A stretch of 64,000 nucleotides of DNA from Nitrospirota bacterium (GTDB lineage Bacteria > Nitrospirota > Nitrospiria > Nitrospirales > Nitrospiraceae): the NCBI GenBank assembly GCA_963703955.1, contig CAVPGK010000001.1, positions 1 through 64,000 on the forward strand, in the 5' to 3' direction. Both the position numbers and the translations under genes were made by a program. The notes beneath the pieces were generated by a model. The model searched no databases. It had not been told where the DNA came from and saw only the letters and a program-made list of their open reading frames with translations. Of the stretch, positions 29,258 to 40,192 are shown piece after piece (position 1 is the first letter of the stretch; each line of letters begins with the position of its first letter).

Positions 29258-30679
29258 CTAGAGGTTTGTCTCGCAGCTCGTTGGCACCTTGTTCAGGACC
29301 GTGGCGGTGGCGCGGGAAAGCGCTTCGTCGGTGTCGTGGTTCAGGGCGTAGATGCGGAATTGGATGAGGCGGGTCGGCAAGAGGTCCAAGAATTCTTCCA
29401 GCGACTCGGTGGACACGGTGCGAGTGCCCGGATCATAAACAAACAGCGGGATGGCGCGCGTGTCCTTCGGGTCCGGGCGCGGGTCCAACGGTGCCATATC
29501 CACCGTGAAGGGCACCGTTCGGATACGCTCCGGGAGTTCCTTCTGAATCTGTTTTTCAAACAGCTCGCGACTCGGAAAATCCATCCCTCGCTCCTGTCCT
29601 TTCTCTTTCAGCACCGTGGTGTAGGCCATCTTCCATTTGACGTCGCGTCCGAGGATCCGTGACCATTCCTGCCCGAGTCGCCGCCGGGCGGCCTGGCGGG
29701 AGTGCTTCCAGCCCCGGACCTCTTCCAGCAATGACCAGTCGGTGAGGCCAATATACCGGTCCATCTTCTTTCGCGGATCGTGCGGGAAGACGAGTCGCAT
29801 CGTCTCGCCGAAAATCTCTCGTAAGTGAATATCGATCGCCCGCGTGGTGCGATGATAATACACGTTGGAGTACAGGTACATGCGCGTGTTCAGGAACATT
29901 TGGAGGGCCGGCAAGCCGGTCTTGTGAATGGTGAAGCCACGGTCGGTCACGAGAGTGTAATGGATCAGCCGCGTGGGGTCCACCGGCCCGACCGCCACTC
30001 CGCACATGTAAGAGTCGCGCAGCACGTAGTCCAGGTTGTCCCCCGTGTAGCTTCCGGAGATGACCGGCTGCAGGAAATTCAGCCATCGCGGCATCCGTGA
30101 ATTGTCTTTCCCCTTATCTTTCAGGATGAGATGGGCAATCTGGTTGGGGTCGAGCTCTTCCCCTTTCGCGAATGGGCCCGACGGGCTGCGCCGGATCTTG
30201 CGAATGATCGGGGCAAGATATTCGCGAATAATAATCTGGCCCAATCGTTCATGGGTAAGGCCGTAGGCATTCAAGAAATTATCGTCGAAGAAGTGGCAGA
30301 AGGGGCCGTGGCCGATGTCATGAACGAGCGCGGTCACCCGAAGCAATTCCTCGACGTAATGCGCCGAGGGAAGATCGCGGATGATCTTGTGCAAAAACGG
30401 GTAAAGATGGCGCGCGAAACGGCCGGCCACGTGCATAGCTCCCACCGAGTGGACGAACCGGCTGTGCTCCGCCGATGGGTAGACCCAGCGCGCGCTTTGC
30501 AATTGGTAGATGGATCGAAGCCGTTGGACCCAGGGTGAGTCGATGAGATCCTTTTCCGTCTGTTCAGAGCGATCGGGGGAGGAATACGGAACCGTGAATG
30601 AAACGTAGCCGTGAATCGGATCCGCGATCAGGGCCGATCCGTCATAGAGCGCCGTGCCGGGGAAACGGGTTGGTTTCAT
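29258..30679 (-). CDS. HD-domain phosphohydrolase (dNTPase/SAMHD1-like)
   Basis: DPIHGY, QRLR.IYQL, AEHSRFVHS.G, HDIGHGPF.H, DNLDY..RD, VYYH. Confidence 0.9.
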   Translation of the reverse strand: MKPTRFPGTALYDGSALIADPIHGYVSFTVPYSSPDRSEQTEKDLIDSPWVQRLRSIYQLQSARWVYPSAEHSRFVHSVGAMHVAGRFARHLYPFLHKIIRDLPSAHYVEELLRVTALVHDIGHGPFCHFFDDNFLNAYGLTHERLGQIIIREYLAPIIRKIRRSPSGPFAKGEELDPNQIAHLILKDKGKDNSRMPRWLNFLQPVISGSYTGDNLDYVLRDSYMCGVAVGPVDPTRLIHYTLVTDRGFTIHKTGLPALQMFLNTRMYLYSNVYYHRTTRAIDIHLREIFGETMRLVFPHDPRKKMDRYIGLTDWSLLEEVRGWKHSRQAARRRLGQEWSRILGRDVKWKMAYTTVLKEKGQERGMDFPSRELFEKQIQKELPERIRTVPFTVDMAPLDPRPDPKDTRAIPLFVYDPGTRTVSTESLEEFLDLLPTRLIQFRIYALNHDTDEALSRATATVLNKVPTSCETNL

Positions 30680-30843
30680 GTGACGACGTACGTCGGGCCG
30701 GCGGTAAGCAGGACGGCTTGGCGATTGGTACGATGAGGCCTCATCACCGACCATGGGCATGCGCGCGGGCTCGAATGCTTCGTCATTTTGCCGGGACGCC
30801 TCACATCCGGCAACGCGAAGGTGGCTTTGTCGTCCATCTTATC

Positions 30844-31329
30844 TTAGGAGGATTCGTGTGGCAACCGCGCCGCCGCCGGTTCGTGTCTGATCCGTCTGCG
30901 ATATTGTGAGATCAGGACATAGGCGATCGGATAGCTGATCAGCGTGCCCAGCACACTCAGCACAATGCCTCCGGCGACAAAAGGAATGAGGTAGGGCATG
31001 ATGCGCTGGTAGAGCGATGTCGCGTCGATCGGTTCCCACTGAAAGGGCGGCATCTCGGACATCCCGGGAAGCTGAAAGCCCGTCCACAGCGTCGCGCCCA
31101 GGATGGGGACGAGCGTCCAGGGATTATTGAGAAAGGCTCCGGCCAACAGAGCGATCACATTCAAACGAAAGGCCCACGCGCAGAAGAACACCATCAGGGT
31201 ATGCAAGCCGTAGGTCGGCGAAAACGCGATGAAGACCCCGACCGCAAACGCTAGGGCGGTCCGGTGAGGCGATTCGTTCAAATGCAGGAGTTGCTTCAGG
31301 TGTGATCGAATATTCGCAACCGAAACCAT
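30844..31329 (-). CDS. DUF2062 family membrane protein
   Basis: SPHRTALAFAVGVFIAF.P..G, NNPWT. Confidence 0.85.
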   Translation of the reverse strand: MVSVANIRSHLKQLLHLNESPHRTALAFAVGVFIAFSPTYGLHTLMVFFCAWAFRLNVIALLAGAFLNNPWTLVPILGATLWTGFQLPGMSEMPPFQWEPIDATSLYQRIMPYLIPFVAGGIVLSVLGTLISYPIAYVLISQYRRRIRHEPAAARLPHESS

Positions 31330-31347
31330 ACCGCGCCTCGAAGCCGG

Positions 31348-32412
31348 CTAGGCCTTCTGAAAATGTCGATAACTGAGAACGGGTAGAGGCCGGCTTGTGC
31401 CCGTCCGAGTGCGGACTCGCCTCCCGAACGATTGAGGCCGGATGATGCCGATGCGGGAAAACCGAGACCCCGTCCGTTGAGCCAGGCGATCCAGCGCGCC
31501 TTCCTGCTTCGGCGAGACCGTGAAGAGCAGTTCGTAATCCTCTCCACCCTTTAAGGCGAATTCCTCGGCGTCGAGGCCACGGGTCACGGCGTACCGCCGG
31601 CAGGCCGAGGACAGCGGCAATGACGAGAGGTCGATCTCGGCGCCGACTCCGCTCTGATCACAGAGGTGGACGAGATCGCCGGAGAGCCCATCGGAGAGGT
31701 CAATCGCGGCAGTGGCCAGGCGGCGGCGACTCAGCCACTGAGCCTCCTCGACGCGTGGAGTGGGGCGCAGGTGACGGCCGGTTAGGTAGCGGACGTCACG
31801 AGGCGGAAGATGGTCTCGGCGCATCCTCATGCTTGATCGATTCCTTCGCCTCGTGGCGAGCAAATTCAGTCCCGCCAACGAGTCACCCAAGGTACCGGTC
31901 ACATAAAGAAGATCGCCGACGCAGGCCCCGTCCCGCCGAATCGCTCGGCCGGACGGGACGCTGCCCATCATGGCGATGCTGAGAAAGAGGTCACTCCGAG
32001 CGGCCGAGGTATCCCCGCCGATCAATTCGACCCCGTACTTTCGACACGCCTTCATGAGGCCGCGGTACATGCTCACAAGCTCTGACTGAGTCCGTGATGC
32101 CGGACTCGCAATCGCAACGACCAGATATTCCGGTGTCCCGCCCATGGCGGCGATATCGCTCAGGTTGGCGACGGCAGCTTTGTATCCTACATCCTCGAAG
32201 GTCGCCGTGGCCAAATCAAAATGAATGTGTTCGATCAGGATGTCCGTGGTGACAAGCAAGCTGCGCCGGGGAGAGAATCTGATGATGGCGGCGTCATCGC
32301 CGATGCCGCGTGCAATTCCTCGCCCCGTCCGGCCGAATCGGCGCCCCAGTTCCTCGATGAACCGAAACTCGTCAACACGGCGCAAGGAGCGAGGCTGAGA
32401 CCGAAGGGGCAT
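31348..32412 (-). CDS. thiL: Thiamine-monophosphate kinase
   Basis: EF.FI, GIGDDAA, HF, NLSDIAAMGG.P, GGDT, DLSDGL..D, GGEDYELLF. Confidence 0.96.
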   Translation of the reverse strand: MPLRSQPRSLRRVDEFRFIEELGRRFGRTGRGIARGIGDDAAIIRFSPRRSLLVTTDILIEHIHFDLATATFEDVGYKAAVANLSDIAAMGGTPEYLVVAIASPASRTQSELVSMYRGLMKACRKYGVELIGGDTSAARSDLFLSIAMMGSVPSGRAIRRDGACVGDLLYVTGTLGDSLAGLNLLATRRRNRSSMRMRRDHLPPRDVRYLTGRHLRPTPRVEEAQWLSRRRLATAAIDLSDGLSGDLVHLCDQSGVGAEIDLSSLPLSSACRRYAVTRGLDAEEFALKGGEDYELLFTVSPKQEGALDRLAQRTGSRFSRIGIIRPQSFGRRVRTRTGTSRPLPVLSYRHFQKA

Positions 32413-32413
32413 C

Positions 32414-34930
32414 TCAGCGCCCGGGAGGGAACGGGGGCGAGACCGAGAGGGCCGGCGCCAGGGGATGAGACCGAGGCGCTCGTCTGATCTTCTCCAACGA
32501 GCGGGTCTTCTGCCGGCTCGTCTTGACTCGACGAGGTGGCCGACGAGCGGCCGGTTTGGCTCTAGCGCGAACGACCGGGTTCCGCCGCAGACCGGCCTTG
32601 AGCACGTCGTCCATCGTATCGGCGAAGACGAGATGAACCCCCCGCAGTAGGTGCTTGGGGATTTCCTCGAGATCTTTCGCGTTTCGTTTCGGCAGGATGA
32701 CCGTTGACAGCTTGGCCCGTTTCGCCGCGAGGATTTTCTCTTTGAGACCGCCGATCGGCAGCACCCGGCCGCGCAGCGTGACCTCTCCGGTCATCGCCAC
32801 ATCCTTGCGGACCGGCACGGAGGAGAGAATGGAGGCGATGGCCGTGGCCATGGTAATACCGGCCGAAGGCCCATCCTTGGGAATGGCCCCGGCCGGAACA
32901 TGGATATGAATATCCATCTTGGAAAAGAGGTCCGGATTGATGTCCAGGAGTTTCTCACGAGAGCGGACGTAGCTGAGAGCGGCCTGAGCCGATTCTTTCA
33001 TCACGTCACCGAGATGTCCGGTGAGCGTGAGCTGTCCCTTGCCCTTCATCGTGGTCGCTTCGATATGGAGGACATCACCTCCGCTCTCGGTCCACGCAAG
33101 CCCCGTGGCCACCCCGATCTCATCCTTTTCCTGCTCGGCCTCAGGCAAGAACTTGGGGACGCCGAGAAATTTGTGCAGGTTGGCGGGTGTGATGACGTAG
33201 CACTGCACCTTTCCTTCCGCCACCTTCTTGGCCACCTTCCGCATCATGTTAGCGATCTCGCGTTCCAGATTCCGGACGCCAGCTTCTCTCGTATAGTGGG
33301 AGACGGTTTGTCGTAAGGCGGGCTCGGTAATGCGAATGTGATCGTCCGTGATCCCGTGCTCCTTCAATTGCCGAGGAATCAAATATCGCTCAGCGATCCC
33401 CAACTTCTCCTCTTCCGTGTAGCCGGGGATTTCGATGATCTCCATGCGGTCTCGCAGGGCGGAAAGAATGGGGTCCATGAGATTCGCGGTGGTGATGAAC
33501 ATGACCTCCGTCAAGTCGAACGGCACGCCCAGATAGTGGTCGCTGAACATGTGATTCTGCTCGGGGTCCAGCACTTCCAGCAGAGCGGCGGACGGATCTC
33601 CTCGGAAATCCTGGCCGACCTTGTCGACCTCATCCATCATGAAGACGGGATTGTTCGTGCCGGCCTGTTTGATGCCTTGAATGATTCGGCCGGGAAGCGC
33701 GCCCACGTATGTGCGCCGGTGCCCGCGGATCTCGGCTTCATCCCGCACACCGCCCAAGCTGATCCGCACGAATTCCCGTCCCAAGGCCCGGGCGATTGAC
33801 TTTCCCAAAGAGGTCTTTCCCACGCCGGGCGGGCCGACAAAGCAAAGGATCGGCCCTTTCATTTTCTCTTTGAGCTTCCGAACGGCCAGGTATTCGAGAA
33901 TCCGTTCCTTGACCTTTTCCAGGTCATAATGGTCTTCGTCGAGCACCTTGCCGGCGGCCTTGATGTCCAGGTTGTCTTTCGACTTCTTGCTCCACGGCAG
34001 CTCAACCATCCATTCCAAGTACGTCCGCACCGTGGCCGACTCGGCCGTATCCGGATGCATCTTCTCAAGTCGTTTGAGCTGCTTCTCGCACTCCTTCAGC
34101 ACCTTTTCCGGCATCTTGGCGTCTTTGATCCGCTTGCGGAATTCGGCGACCTCTTCGGCCCGTTCGTCCAGCTCTCCCAGTTCCTTTTGAATCGGCTTGA
34201 GCTGCTCGCGCAAGAAATATTCCCGTTGCGTCTTGTCCATCTCACCCTTGGCCTGGGCCTGAATCTTTTGCTGCATGGATAGGACATCGACTTCTTTTGA
34301 CAGAATCTCGCTGACGCGTTTGAGGCGGACGATGGGATCGTCGACCTCGAGAACGTCCTGAGAAGCCTCGACCTTCAGTCCCAGGTTGGAGACGATCATG
34401 TCCGCCAGACGCCCGGGATCCTCGAGATTCTCGATGACCACCATGACGTCCGGCATCAAGACCTTCCCCAGGCCGACGATCTTCTCGAGTTGTTCCTTGA
34501 CCGTCCGCATCACAGCCTCGGCTTCGAGGGAAGCACCGGACGGTTTGGCCTCAACAATCTTTGTGATCCGAACCGAGTAGTAGGGGTCGGTCTGGATGTA
34601 TTCCTCCACCTTCCCCTTCGCGATGCCTTGGACAAGAATCTTGATCCGTTCGTCCGGCAGTTTCAGCATTCGCATGATGATTCCGATGGTACCGACCGTG
34701 TGGATGTCATTCGGGGTAGGGGCTTCGACATCCAGCGCTTTCTGGGTGGAGAGGAAAATCATGCGATTGCCCGCCAGAGCCGCCTCAATGGCCTTAATCG
34801 ACATGTCCCGGCCCACGAACAGAGGCAGGACCATGTACGGAAAGACGACAATATCCCGAACCGGCAACAAGGGCAGTTGGTCCGGAATCTCCATGTTCTG
34901 AATATCGCGTTCACTCGGTTCTGAAGGCAT
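32414..34930 (-). CDS. lon: ATP-dependent protease Lon
   Basis: [34 protein letters not shown]. Confidence 0.98.
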   Translation of the reverse strand: MPSEPSERDIQNMEIPDQLPLLPVRDIVVFPYMVLPLFVGRDMSIKAIEAALAGNRMIFLSTQKALDVEAPTPNDIHTVGTIGIIMRMLKLPDERIKILVQGIAKGKVEEYIQTDPYYSVRITKIVEAKPSGASLEAEAVMRTVKEQLEKIVGLGKVLMPDVMVVIENLEDPGRLADMIVSNLGLKVEASQDVLEVDDPIVRLKRVSEILSKEVDVLSMQQKIQAQAKGEMDKTQREYFLREQLKPIQKELGELDERAEEVAEFRKRIKDAKMPEKVLKECEKQLKRLEKMHPDTAESATVRTYLEWMVELPWSKKSKDNLDIKAAGKVLDEDHYDLEKVKERILEYLAVRKLKEKMKGPILCFVGPPGVGKTSLGKSIARALGREFVRISLGGVRDEAEIRGHRRTYVGALPGRIIQGIKQAGTNNPVFMMDEVDKVGQDFRGDPSAALLEVLDPEQNHMFSDHYLGVPFDLTEVMFITTANLMDPILSALRDRMEIIEIPGYTEEEKLGIAERYLIPRQLKEHGITDDHIRITEPALRQTVSHYTREAGVRNLEREIANMMRKVAKKVAEGKVQCYVITPANLHKFLGVPKFLPEAEQEKDEIGVATGLAWTESGGDVLHIEATTMKGKGQLTLTGHLGDVMKESAQAALSYVRSREKLLDINPDLFSKMDIHIHVPAGAIPKDGPSAGITMATAIASILSSVPVRKDVAMTGEVTLRGRVLPIGGLKEKILAAKRAKLSTVILPKRNAKDLEEIPKHLLRGVHLVFADTMDDVLKAGLRRNPVVRARAKPAARRPPRRVKTSRQKTRSLEKIRRAPRSHPLAPALSVSPPFPPGR

Positions 34931-35021
34931 TCGGGATGTTCCTCGTCACAGGTTATTCGTGAGACGTGAATCGTGGGGAGAAGATGGACGCGTCACGTTC
35001 CACGATGAGTGATGGCGATGG

Positions 35022-35915
35022 TCAGGCGCCGAACGACCCATTGCGTCGGTACAACTGTTTCAAGTAGTGCGAGAAGGGCGGACCGAGCGAGGGGTTTTTC
35101 AACGCGAATTCGACCGTCGCTTTGAGAAAACCGAGCTTCTCTCCGGCATCATGCCGCTGTCCTTGGATTTCAAGAGCAAACATTGGCGTGTTCCGAGCCA
35201 GGCGCCGAAGGGCATCGGTCAGTTGGATCTCTCCGTTTTTCCCGGGGGGAATCTTGCGAAGAATCGGAAAGATCTCGGGAGACAGCACATACCGGCCAAT
35301 CACGGCGTAGAGGGACGGTGCATCGGCCGGCGCAGGTTTTTCGACAAGATCACGGACACGATGTAGGCCGGGAGCGACTCGCCGATTGGCCACGATTCCG
35401 TATCGGCTGACCTCACTCCGCCGAACTTTCTTGACGCCGACCACGGGCCCATTCCGAGCTTCATAAACCTGAATGAGCTGTGCGAGGCCCGGGACGCGGG
35501 CATCAATCACTTCGTCTCCTAGGATCACCGCGAACGGCTCATCACCGATCAAATGCCGGGCCGACAGCACGGCGTGCCCCAGGCCCAGCGCCTCGGACTG
35601 GCGAACGTAGCAAAAATTCGCCAATTCGGAGATCCGCCTGACCTCCTTCAACATGCTGTCTTTCTTATTGCCCTTGAGATTCTCTTCGAGTTCGAAGGAA
35701 CGGTCGAAGTGATCCTCGATGGCTCGCTTCCCGCGACCGGTAATGATGATAATATCTTCAATGCCGGAAGCGACGGCTTCTTCCACCGCGTACTGGATCA
35801 ATGGCTTGTCCACCAGCGGCAGCATTTCCTTCGGAGACGCCTTGGTGGCGGGGAGAAAACGGGTACCGAGACCGGCGGCAGGGATGATGGCTTTACGAAG
35901 CGGCGCCGACGACAT
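35022..35915 (-). CDS. galU: UTP-glucose-1-phosphate uridylyltransferase
   Basis: KAIIPAAGLGTRFLPATKASPKEMLP, GLGHAV, VEKP, GEIQLTDA. Confidence 0.96.
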   Translation of the reverse strand: MSSAPLRKAIIPAAGLGTRFLPATKASPKEMLPLVDKPLIQYAVEEAVASGIEDIIIITGRGKRAIEDHFDRSFELEENLKGNKKDSMLKEVRRISELANFCYVRQSEALGLGHAVLSARHLIGDEPFAVILGDEVIDARVPGLAQLIQVYEARNGPVVGVKKVRRSEVSRYGIVANRRVAPGLHRVRDLVEKPAPADAPSLYAVIGRYVLSPEIFPILRKIPPGKNGEIQLTDALRRLARNTPMFALEIQGQRHDAGEKLGFLKATVEFALKNPSLGPPFSHYLKQLYRRNGSFGA

Positions 35916-36008
35916 ATTTCCGATACTATGTGATGGGTGCACGGAAAGTCAAGAACGCGCGAGTCCTCCCACAGGACCGAGCGTCGCAATTCATCTAAAG
36001 AAATTTTC

Positions 36009-36037
36009 TTTACATTGATGGCAACGACTCATATAAT
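36009..36037 (+). promoter_or_regulatory. Sigma70-like promoter for the bamA/LPS cluster
   Basis: TTTACA-17-TATAAT. Confidence 0.65.
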
Positions 36038-36265
36038 TCCTCAGCTTTTTCCGATTGTTTCATGAAAAAATGGTCGCGGGTGACTTGCATCGCGTAGGCG
36101 ACGCTCTCCCAGGGAGTGGACGCCGCGTCGAGAGCCTGTCTTAGGTGCTATGATTCACGGTCAACCTGATGCGGGCCTGGTTGCACGCGCTCCTCTCGTG
36201 GTTTTCCAAGCCTTGGATTCGATCTCCGGACGGCCTGGTCAGCGGTTCTTGAAAGAAAGGCCGCG

Positions 36266-38575
36266 GTGACCAGCCGACCGGGGATTCGAGCGGTCCTTCT
36301 TTTCTCGATGATGGCTGTGGCCCTATCCGGTGCGCTCCGGGACCCGTTGTATGCCCAGGAAGGAGGGCAGAGGGTCGCCTCGATCGAACTCCGCGGGATC
36401 AAGCGAATCGAAGATGCCGCGATTCGGGGCCGGTTGACGCTCAAGGTCAGTGATCCCTACACGGCCGAGGCGATCCGAGCCCAGATCCGGTTGATCTACG
36501 AAATGGGTTTCTTCGAAGATGTTCGCATCGAGACCGAACAGGTTGCGGGCGGTGTCGCGGTGATCTTCGTCATTCGAGAGAAACCATTCATCACGGAGAT
36601 CGTGTTCGACGGGAACGACAATCTCACTGAAGACAAGCTGAAGGAAAAAATCACGATCCGAAGCCAGTCCTTCCTGGACCAGCAGCAGGCCAAAGAGAGC
36701 GCCGAGAAAATCCGGTTGGCCTACCAGGAAGACGGCTACTATAACGCCCAGGTGATTCCGATCATTTTGAGCCTGGATGAGGATCGAAAGCGCCTGACGT
36801 TCTTCATCAAGGAAATGGAGAGGGCTAAGGTCAAGACGGTCAACTTCGACGGGATGACGGTCGCGACCAAGAAAGAGTTGTTCAAAGTGATGGCCACCCG
36901 TGAGTGGGTCACTATCTGGGGGACGCTGATCGGGAAAGGACTCCCTTCGCTTTTCACGGACGCCGGCATCCTCAAGCGGGAAGAGCTGGCCAACGATGCC
37001 GAGCGGATCAGGGAAGTCCTTCTGAATAAGGGGTATCTCAACGTGCAGGTGAGCCTGCCGACAGTCGAACTCTCCGAGGATAAGCAGTGGTTCACGGTGT
37101 CCTTCACGATCGTCGAAGGAGAGCCCTATACCATCGGCGAAGTCGGATTTCGAGGCAACACCATCTTTGAGGACGCTGAGCTTCAGGCCAACATGAAAAT
37201 TAAGCCGGGGGATACGTTTCAACGAGCCAAGATTCGGGATGAAATAACGCGTCTTAGCGAAATGTACGGGGCCAGGGGATACGCGTTTACCGACGTCAAT
37301 CCCGCCGTGACTCCGGATGCGCAGACGAAGACGGCCTCCATCGTCTTTCATATCAAGGAAGGGGAACTCATCCGGATTCGGGAGATCCACATCACCGGCA
37401 ATGATAAGACCAGGGACAATGTCATCCGCCGCGAGCTTCGCGTGAATGAGCAGGAAGTTATCGACACAGTGGCCATGAAACGAAGCTTCCAACGCTTGAA
37501 CAATCTGAACTTCTTCGAGACCGTTGAGATTCTGCCTAAGCAGGTGGAGCCGGACAAGGTGGATCTGGACGTCAAGGTGAAGGAAAAATCAACCGGGTCA
37601 TTCAGCATCGGCGGCGGATTCAGCACTCTAGACCGTTTCGTGGCGATCGCGGATATCACCGAAGGGAATCTGCTAGGGCTCGGGTATCTGGTCCGGGTGC
37701 GAGGGCAGTTGGGACAGCGGCGATCATTAGGGTTGATCTCGTTCCGCAATCCTTACCTCTATGATTCGCTGACCTCCCTGCAGGCGGACATTTTCAGAAC
37801 GCTGACCAATTACATCACCTACTTCGAAGATAAAGCCGGTGCGAGCGTCTCGTTGGGCCGATGGTTTTCGGAATACGTCTCCGGAAGCTTCGCCTTGGTC
37901 GCGGAACAGATCGAGATCAGCAACCCGCAGCCTGATGCTCCTCAATTCATTCTCGATCAAGTTGGCAACCAATCGACGACCGGCTTTCGCACCAGCCTTG
38001 CCAGGGATACCCGGGACTTCTATCTCGATCCGCGAACCGGGATGCGGAATGCGATCAATTTCGACTATGGGACGCCGGCGCTGGGGGGGACCAACAACTT
38101 CTACAAGGTCGCGCTGGATTCTATTAAATATACACCGCTTGGCTTCTGGGACCTGCGCCATTCGATTCGCGGCCGTTTCGGGTTTGCCGAAGGTGTGCGT
38201 GGAAAGCCCCTTCCCATTACCGAGCGATTCTTCGTCGGCGGAATCAACACCATGCGCGGATTCGTGTTCGGGCGGGCCGGTCCGGTCACAGCGAGTGGGT
38301 CACTGGAGGGCGCGGTCAGCCAGATCATCATCAATAATGATCTTATTTTTCCCATTTCGGCCGAGGCCAAATTGAACGGCGTGATCTTCTTCGATTACGG
38401 CAAGGGGTTCGATGATGGAGAGCCGCTGAGTCTGAAGCTTCGATCGGCGGCTGGAATCGAGGCTCGATGGATTTCACCGTTCGGTCCGCTCCGTGTCGCG
38501 TATGGAATCAATTTAGACCCCAATCCGGGAGAACGGAAGGGCGTGTTTGAATTCTCGGTCGGGTCTCTGTTCTAG
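36266..38575 (+). CDS. bamA: Outer membrane protein assembly factor BamA
   Basis: POTRA repeats, GN.KT.D.VIRRE, MRGF, SPFGPL, C-terminal F. Confidence 0.96.
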   Translation: MTSRPGIRAVLLFSMMAVALSGALRDPLYAQEGGQRVASIELRGIKRIEDAAIRGRLTLKVSDPYTAEAIRAQIRLIYEMGFFEDVRIETEQVAGGVAVIFVIREKPFITEIVFDGNDNLTEDKLKEKITIRSQSFLDQQQAKESAEKIRLAYQEDGYYNAQVIPIILSLDEDRKRLTFFIKEMERAKVKTVNFDGMTVATKKELFKVMATREWVTIWGTLIGKGLPSLFTDAGILKREELANDAERIREVLLNKGYLNVQVSLPTVELSEDKQWFTVSFTIVEGEPYTIGEVGFRGNTIFEDAELQANMKIKPGDTFQRAKIRDEITRLSEMYGARGYAFTDVNPAVTPDAQTKTASIVFHIKEGELIRIREIHITGNDKTRDNVIRRELRVNEQEVIDTVAMKRSFQRLNNLNFFETVEILPKQVEPDKVDLDVKVKEKSTGSFSIGGGFSTLDRFVAIADITEGNLLGLGYLVRVRGQLGQRRSLGLISFRNPYLYDSLTSLQADIFRTLTNYITYFEDKAGASVSLGRWFSEYVSGSFALVAEQIEISNPQPDAPQFILDQVGNQSTTGFRTSLARDTRDFYLDPRTGMRNAINFDYGTPALGGTNNFYKVALDSIKYTPLGFWDLRHSIRGRFGFAEGVRGKPLPITERFFVGGINTMRGFVFGRAGPVTASGSLEGAVSQIIINNDLIFPISAEAKLNGVIFFDYGKGFDDGEPLSLKLRSAAGIEARWISPFGPLRVAYGINLDPNPGERKGVFEFSVGSLF

Positions 38576-38650
38576 ACACAGCCGTCAGTGTTCTGTTTTC
38601 AGCACATCGCTGACCGCGAAAAGCCGACGGCTGAAGGAGAGACAATAGCA

Positions 38651-39298
38651 ATGAAGGTAGGGAGGAAAGAGTCCCAGGGTCGAAGAGACCCGGCATCGGG
38701 GATCCGGATCACTGGAATCAGCCTATCGCTGATCTTCTGGGGGTGCGCCGCCTCACCGGCGCAGCCGTCTTCGGCCCAGCAGACGAATCAGCAGCCAGAC
38801 CCTGTCCCCGTGCAGCGGCCGGTGTCCCCCTCCGTCCCATCGACGGGGTTACGCATGGGCGTCGTGGATCTGCAGAAGGTGCTCGTCGAAACCGAAGCCG
38901 GGAAAAAGGCCAGGGAATCACTCAGCACGTTTATGAAGAACCGCCAGGCCGTCGTCGAGCTTGAAGAGAAAGAGCTCAAACGGATGGAAGAAGATCTCGT
39001 GAAACAAGCTAGTGTGCTCAGCGCCGCGGCGAAAAAAGACCGAGAAGATCAGTTGCGTCGCCGGGTCATGGAGTTTCAGCAGCGCGCCAACGATCTTAAT
39101 CGTGAAGTTCAGGAGAAGCAGAAGGAGGTGCTCGAAGACTTCCGCGAGAGAGCCGAACGGGTGGTCGGGAGGGTAGCGCAGCAACTGGGATTGGCGGTGG
39201 TGATGGAAAAAGGGCGCGGCGGTCCAACGGTCTACGCCGACACATCCTTGGATATTTCCGCGAAAGTCATCGAGGAGTTCAACAAAGCCACTCAATGA
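38651..39298 (+). CDS. skp: OmpH/Skp family chaperone, possible lipoprotein
   Basis: FWGC lipobox-like, Pro/Gln linker, GVVDLQKV, DIS.KVI. Confidence 0.85.
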   Translation: MKVGRKESQGRRDPASGIRITGISLSLIFWGCAASPAQPSSAQQTNQQPDPVPVQRPVSPSVPSTGLRMGVVDLQKVLVETEAGKKARESLSTFMKNRQAVVELEEKELKRMEEDLVKQASVLSAAAKKDREDQLRRRVMEFQQRANDLNREVQEKQKEVLEDFRERAERVVGRVAQQLGLAVVMEKGRGGPTVYADTSLDISAKVIEEFNKATQ

Positions 39299-39385
39299 GG
39301 ACGCGATAGGAATCAGCGTTCAGCTCGGAACTGAAGGCAGATTGCGCAAGGCTGAAACCTAAGAGCTGAGCCGAAAGGAGAGGGG

Positions 39386-39925
39386 ATGAGGAAACGGGTT
39401 TTCACGGTGGTGATAGCGGTTGGCGCAACCCTGGCATCGGTGGGCGAGGGCGGAGCCGCAGAGGCGCTCAAGGTCGGGGTGATCGATCAACAACAGGTAT
39501 TGGAACGGACGGTGGCCGGGAAACGCGCGCTCGAAGGACTCAAGGAATTTTCCGCCAGTCGGCAGCGGATCGTCTCGGCGGATGACGAGGAACTCAAGCG
39601 TCTGGAAAAAGAATTGAAGGATCAAGAAAGCTCCCTGAGCGAAACGGCGAAACGAGAAAAGCAGGAGGGATTCCGGACGAAGTTCGAAAACTATCAGCGC
39701 CGGCTCCAGGAATTCAATCGGGAGATCCAGGGCAAACAGAAGCAGCTCGCCGATGAGTACCAAAAGAAAATCGATCAGGCAGCCGCCAGCGTTGGTGAAA
39801 AAAACGGCTATGCGGCGGTCCTGGACAAAGGCAGTAATGCCTCGCTTCGCATCGTGATCTACTACAATCAAGCGATTGACCTGACGGAGCAAGTGATCAA
39901 GGAATTCGATCGTCAGAACAAATAA
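39386..39925 (+). CDS. skp: OmpH/Skp family chaperone
   Basis: Signal peptide, KVGVID.Q.V, coiled coil, DLTEQVI. Confidence 0.9.
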   Translation: MRKRVFTVVIAVGATLASVGEGGAAEALKVGVIDQQQVLERTVAGKRALEGLKEFSASRQRIVSADDEELKRLEKELKDQESSLSETAKREKQEGFRTKFENYQRRLQEFNREIQGKQKQLADEYQKKIDQAAASVGEKNGYAAVLDKGSNASLRIVIYYNQAIDLTEQVIKEFDRQNK

Positions 39926-39934
39926 CCGCCCTGG

Positions 39935-40160
39935 GCAAAGAGCCGGTCTCGGCCGGCTCAGGCCACGGGAAGACGCCGCGTCTCGGCAAGGTTGGGGAGG
40001 TAAGGACCAGAAGAATACGGAAACCGGTTGCCCGGGAAAGGTATGCTCTTGGGACTGGAGCCTGTCTTGATAGGCTTGGGCCGTTGGAAGAAGGCGCGCC
40101 CTGCCTGGGGCTGGGTGAAGTGGGCGGGTGAAAGAACGCCTGGGGCGGCCGGGTGAAACA
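39935..40160. repeat. Cluster of degenerate REP-like units
   Basis: agccgg-tctcgg-ccggct, cgcg-tctcgg, agcctg-tcttga-taggct and three GGGTGAA tails, related to the 17121-17225 arms. Confidence 0.65.
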
Positions 40161-40192
40161 CGAGCGTGCAAGCGAACAAGGAGGCGGGACTC

